Assembly: GCF_964355755.1 (NCBI RefSeq)
Contig: NC_092673.1
Span: 28,393,648-28,457,647, forward strand
Length of the DNA: 64,000 nt
DNA from: Antedon mediterranea
Lineage: Eukaryota > Animalia > Echinodermata
Direction: 5' to 3'
A model generated the notes under the pieces. The model was not told the DNA's origin. It searched no databases and saw only the letters and a program-made list of their open reading frames with translations. The position numbers and the translations under genes are program-made. Below, piece after piece: positions 61,956-64,000 of the stretch. The first letter of the stretch is position 1, and each line of letters opens with the position of its first letter.

Positions 61956-64000
61956 CTGTAGTAAGTTCCATTTCTCTTCTGCCATATCTTCACTGTCTTT
62001 TTCGGTTCCTCTTCATAATAAGTTATTCCTCCTGATAACTTCCTTTTCCTCATAACTTCCTCATAAAGATGTTCCTCCTTATGTTCACTTTCCTCCTCCC
62101 TGTAGTAAGTTCCATTTCTCTTATATGCCATATCTTCACTGTCTTTTTCGGTTCCTCTTCATAATAAGTTAATCCTCCTGATAACTTCCTTTTCCTCATA
62201 ACTTCCTCATAAAGATGTTCCTCCTTATGTTCACTTTCCTCCTCCCTGTAGTAAGTTCCATTTCTCTTACGCCATATTTTCACTGTCTTTTTCAGTTCCT
62301 CTTCATAATAAGTTATTCCTCCTGATAACTTCCTTTTCCTCATAACTTCTTCATAAAGATGTTCCTCCTTATGTTCACTTTCCTCCTCCCTGTAGTAAGT
62401 TCCATTTCTGTTATGCCATATCTTTACTGTCTTTTTCGGTTCCTCTTCATAATAAGTTTTTCCTCCTGATAACTTCCTTTTCCTCATAACTTCCTCATAA
62501 AGATGTTCCTCCTTATATTACAAGTTCTTTTTCCTCTTTCCTCCTCCCTGTAGTAAGTTCCACTTCTTTTATGCCATATCTTCACTGTCTTTTTTGGTTC
62601 CTCTTCATAATAAGTTTTTCCTCCTGATAACTTCCTTTTCCTCATAACTTCCTCATAAAGATGTTCCTCCTTATATTACAAGTTCTTTTTCCTCTTTCCT
62701 CCTCCCTGTAGTAAGTTCCACTTCTTTTATGCCATATCTTCACTTTCTTTTTCGGTTCCTCTTCATAATAAGTTATTCCTCCTGATAACTTCCTTTTCCT
62801 CATAACTTCTTCATAAAGATGTTCCTCCTTATGTTCACTTTCCTCCTCCCTGTAGTAAGTTCCATTTCTCTTACGCCATATCTTCACTGTCTTTTTTGGT
62901 TCCTCTTCATAATAAGTTATTCCTCCTGATAACTTCCTTTTCCTCATAACTTCTTCATAAAGATGTTCCTCCTTATGTTCACTTTCCTTCTCCCTGTAGT
63001 AAGTTCCATTTCTCTTATGCCATATATTCACTGTCTTTTTCGGTTCCTCTTCATAATAAGTTATTCCTCCTGATAACTTCCTTTTCCTCATAACTTCCTC
63101 ATAAAGATGTTCCTCCTTATGTTCACTTTCCTCCTCCCTGTAGTAAGTTCCATTTCTCTTACGCCATATCTTCACTGTCTTTTTCGGTTCCTCTTCATAA
63201 TAAGTTATTCCTCCTGATAACTTCCTCATAAAGATATTCCTCCTTATATTACAAGTTCTTTTTCCTCTTTCCTCCTCCCTGTAGTAAGTTCCACTTCTTC
63301 TATGCCATATCTTTACTGTTTTTTTCGGTTCCTCTTCATAATAAGTTATTCCTCCTGATAACTTCCTCATAAAGATGTTCCTCCTTATATTCCAAGTTCT
63401 TTTTCCTCTTTCCTCCTCCCTGTAGTAAGTTCCACTTCTTCTATGCCATATCTTCACTGTCTTTTTCGGTTCCTCTTCATAATAAGTTATTCCTCCTGAT
63501 AACTTCCTTTTCCTCATAACTTCTTCATAAAGATGTTCCTCCTTATGTTCTCGTTCCTCCTCCCTGTAGTAAGTTCCATTTCTCTTATGCCATATCTTCA
63601 CTGTCTTTTTCGGTTCCTCTTCATAATAAGTTATTCCTCCTGATAACTTCCTTTTCCTCATAACTTCTTCATAAAGATGTTCCTCCTTATGTTCACTTTC
63701 CTCCTCCCTGTAGTAAGTTCCATTTCTCTTATGCCATATCTTCACTGTTTTTTTCGGTTCCTCTTCATAATAAGTTATTCCTCCTGATAACTTCCTTTTC
63801 CTCATAACTTCTTCATAAAGATGTTCCTTCTTATGTTCACTTTCCTCCTCCCTGTAGTAAGTTCCATTTCTCTTATGCCATATCTTCACTATTTTTTCGG
63901 TTCCTCTTCATAATAAGTTATTCCTCCTGATAACTTCCTTTTCCTCATAACTTCTTCATAAAGAAGTTTTTCCTTATGTTCACTTTCCTCCTCCCTGTAG

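Larger units (their letters stand above)
55596..64000. repeat. 144-bp satellite array with higher-order repeats, running off the window end
   Basis: The monomer starting AAGTTATTCCTCCTGATAACTTCC recurs every 144 bp, with +2, -11, +14 and -17 indel variants. An 869-bp block and a 4229-bp block are duplicated (ORF track offsets 55877/56746 and 57590/61819). Confidence 0.97.

Overview
AT-rich eukaryotic (invertebrate animal) genomic DNA, not prokaryotic. The first 21 kb hold three intron-containing genes whose exons I could splice by hand: flotillin-1 (+, 5' end outside the window), mitochondrial ribosomal protein S2 (+) and an LRR/IQ-motif gene resembling LRRIQ3 (-). From 22 to 55 kb the sequence is mostly non-coding, with a chain of small phase-compatible + strand exons that may belong to a fourth, unrecognised gene. 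From 55.6 kb to the end lies a 144-bp satellite with higher-order structure. Non-autonomous mobile DNA is dense: about 13 copies of a Harbinger-type MITE, Kolobok-like, Ginger-like, hAT-like and Helitron-like elements, SINEs and LINE tails. No transposase ORF is present. The most unusual signals are tiny palindromes with 7-bp TSDs that resemble P-element excision footprints, a triplicated splice acceptor in flotillin-1, MITEs caught seeding tandem arrays, and a MITE end forming part of a splice donor. I found no clear novel multi-gene system. All family assignments come from sequence inspection and recall, not database searches.
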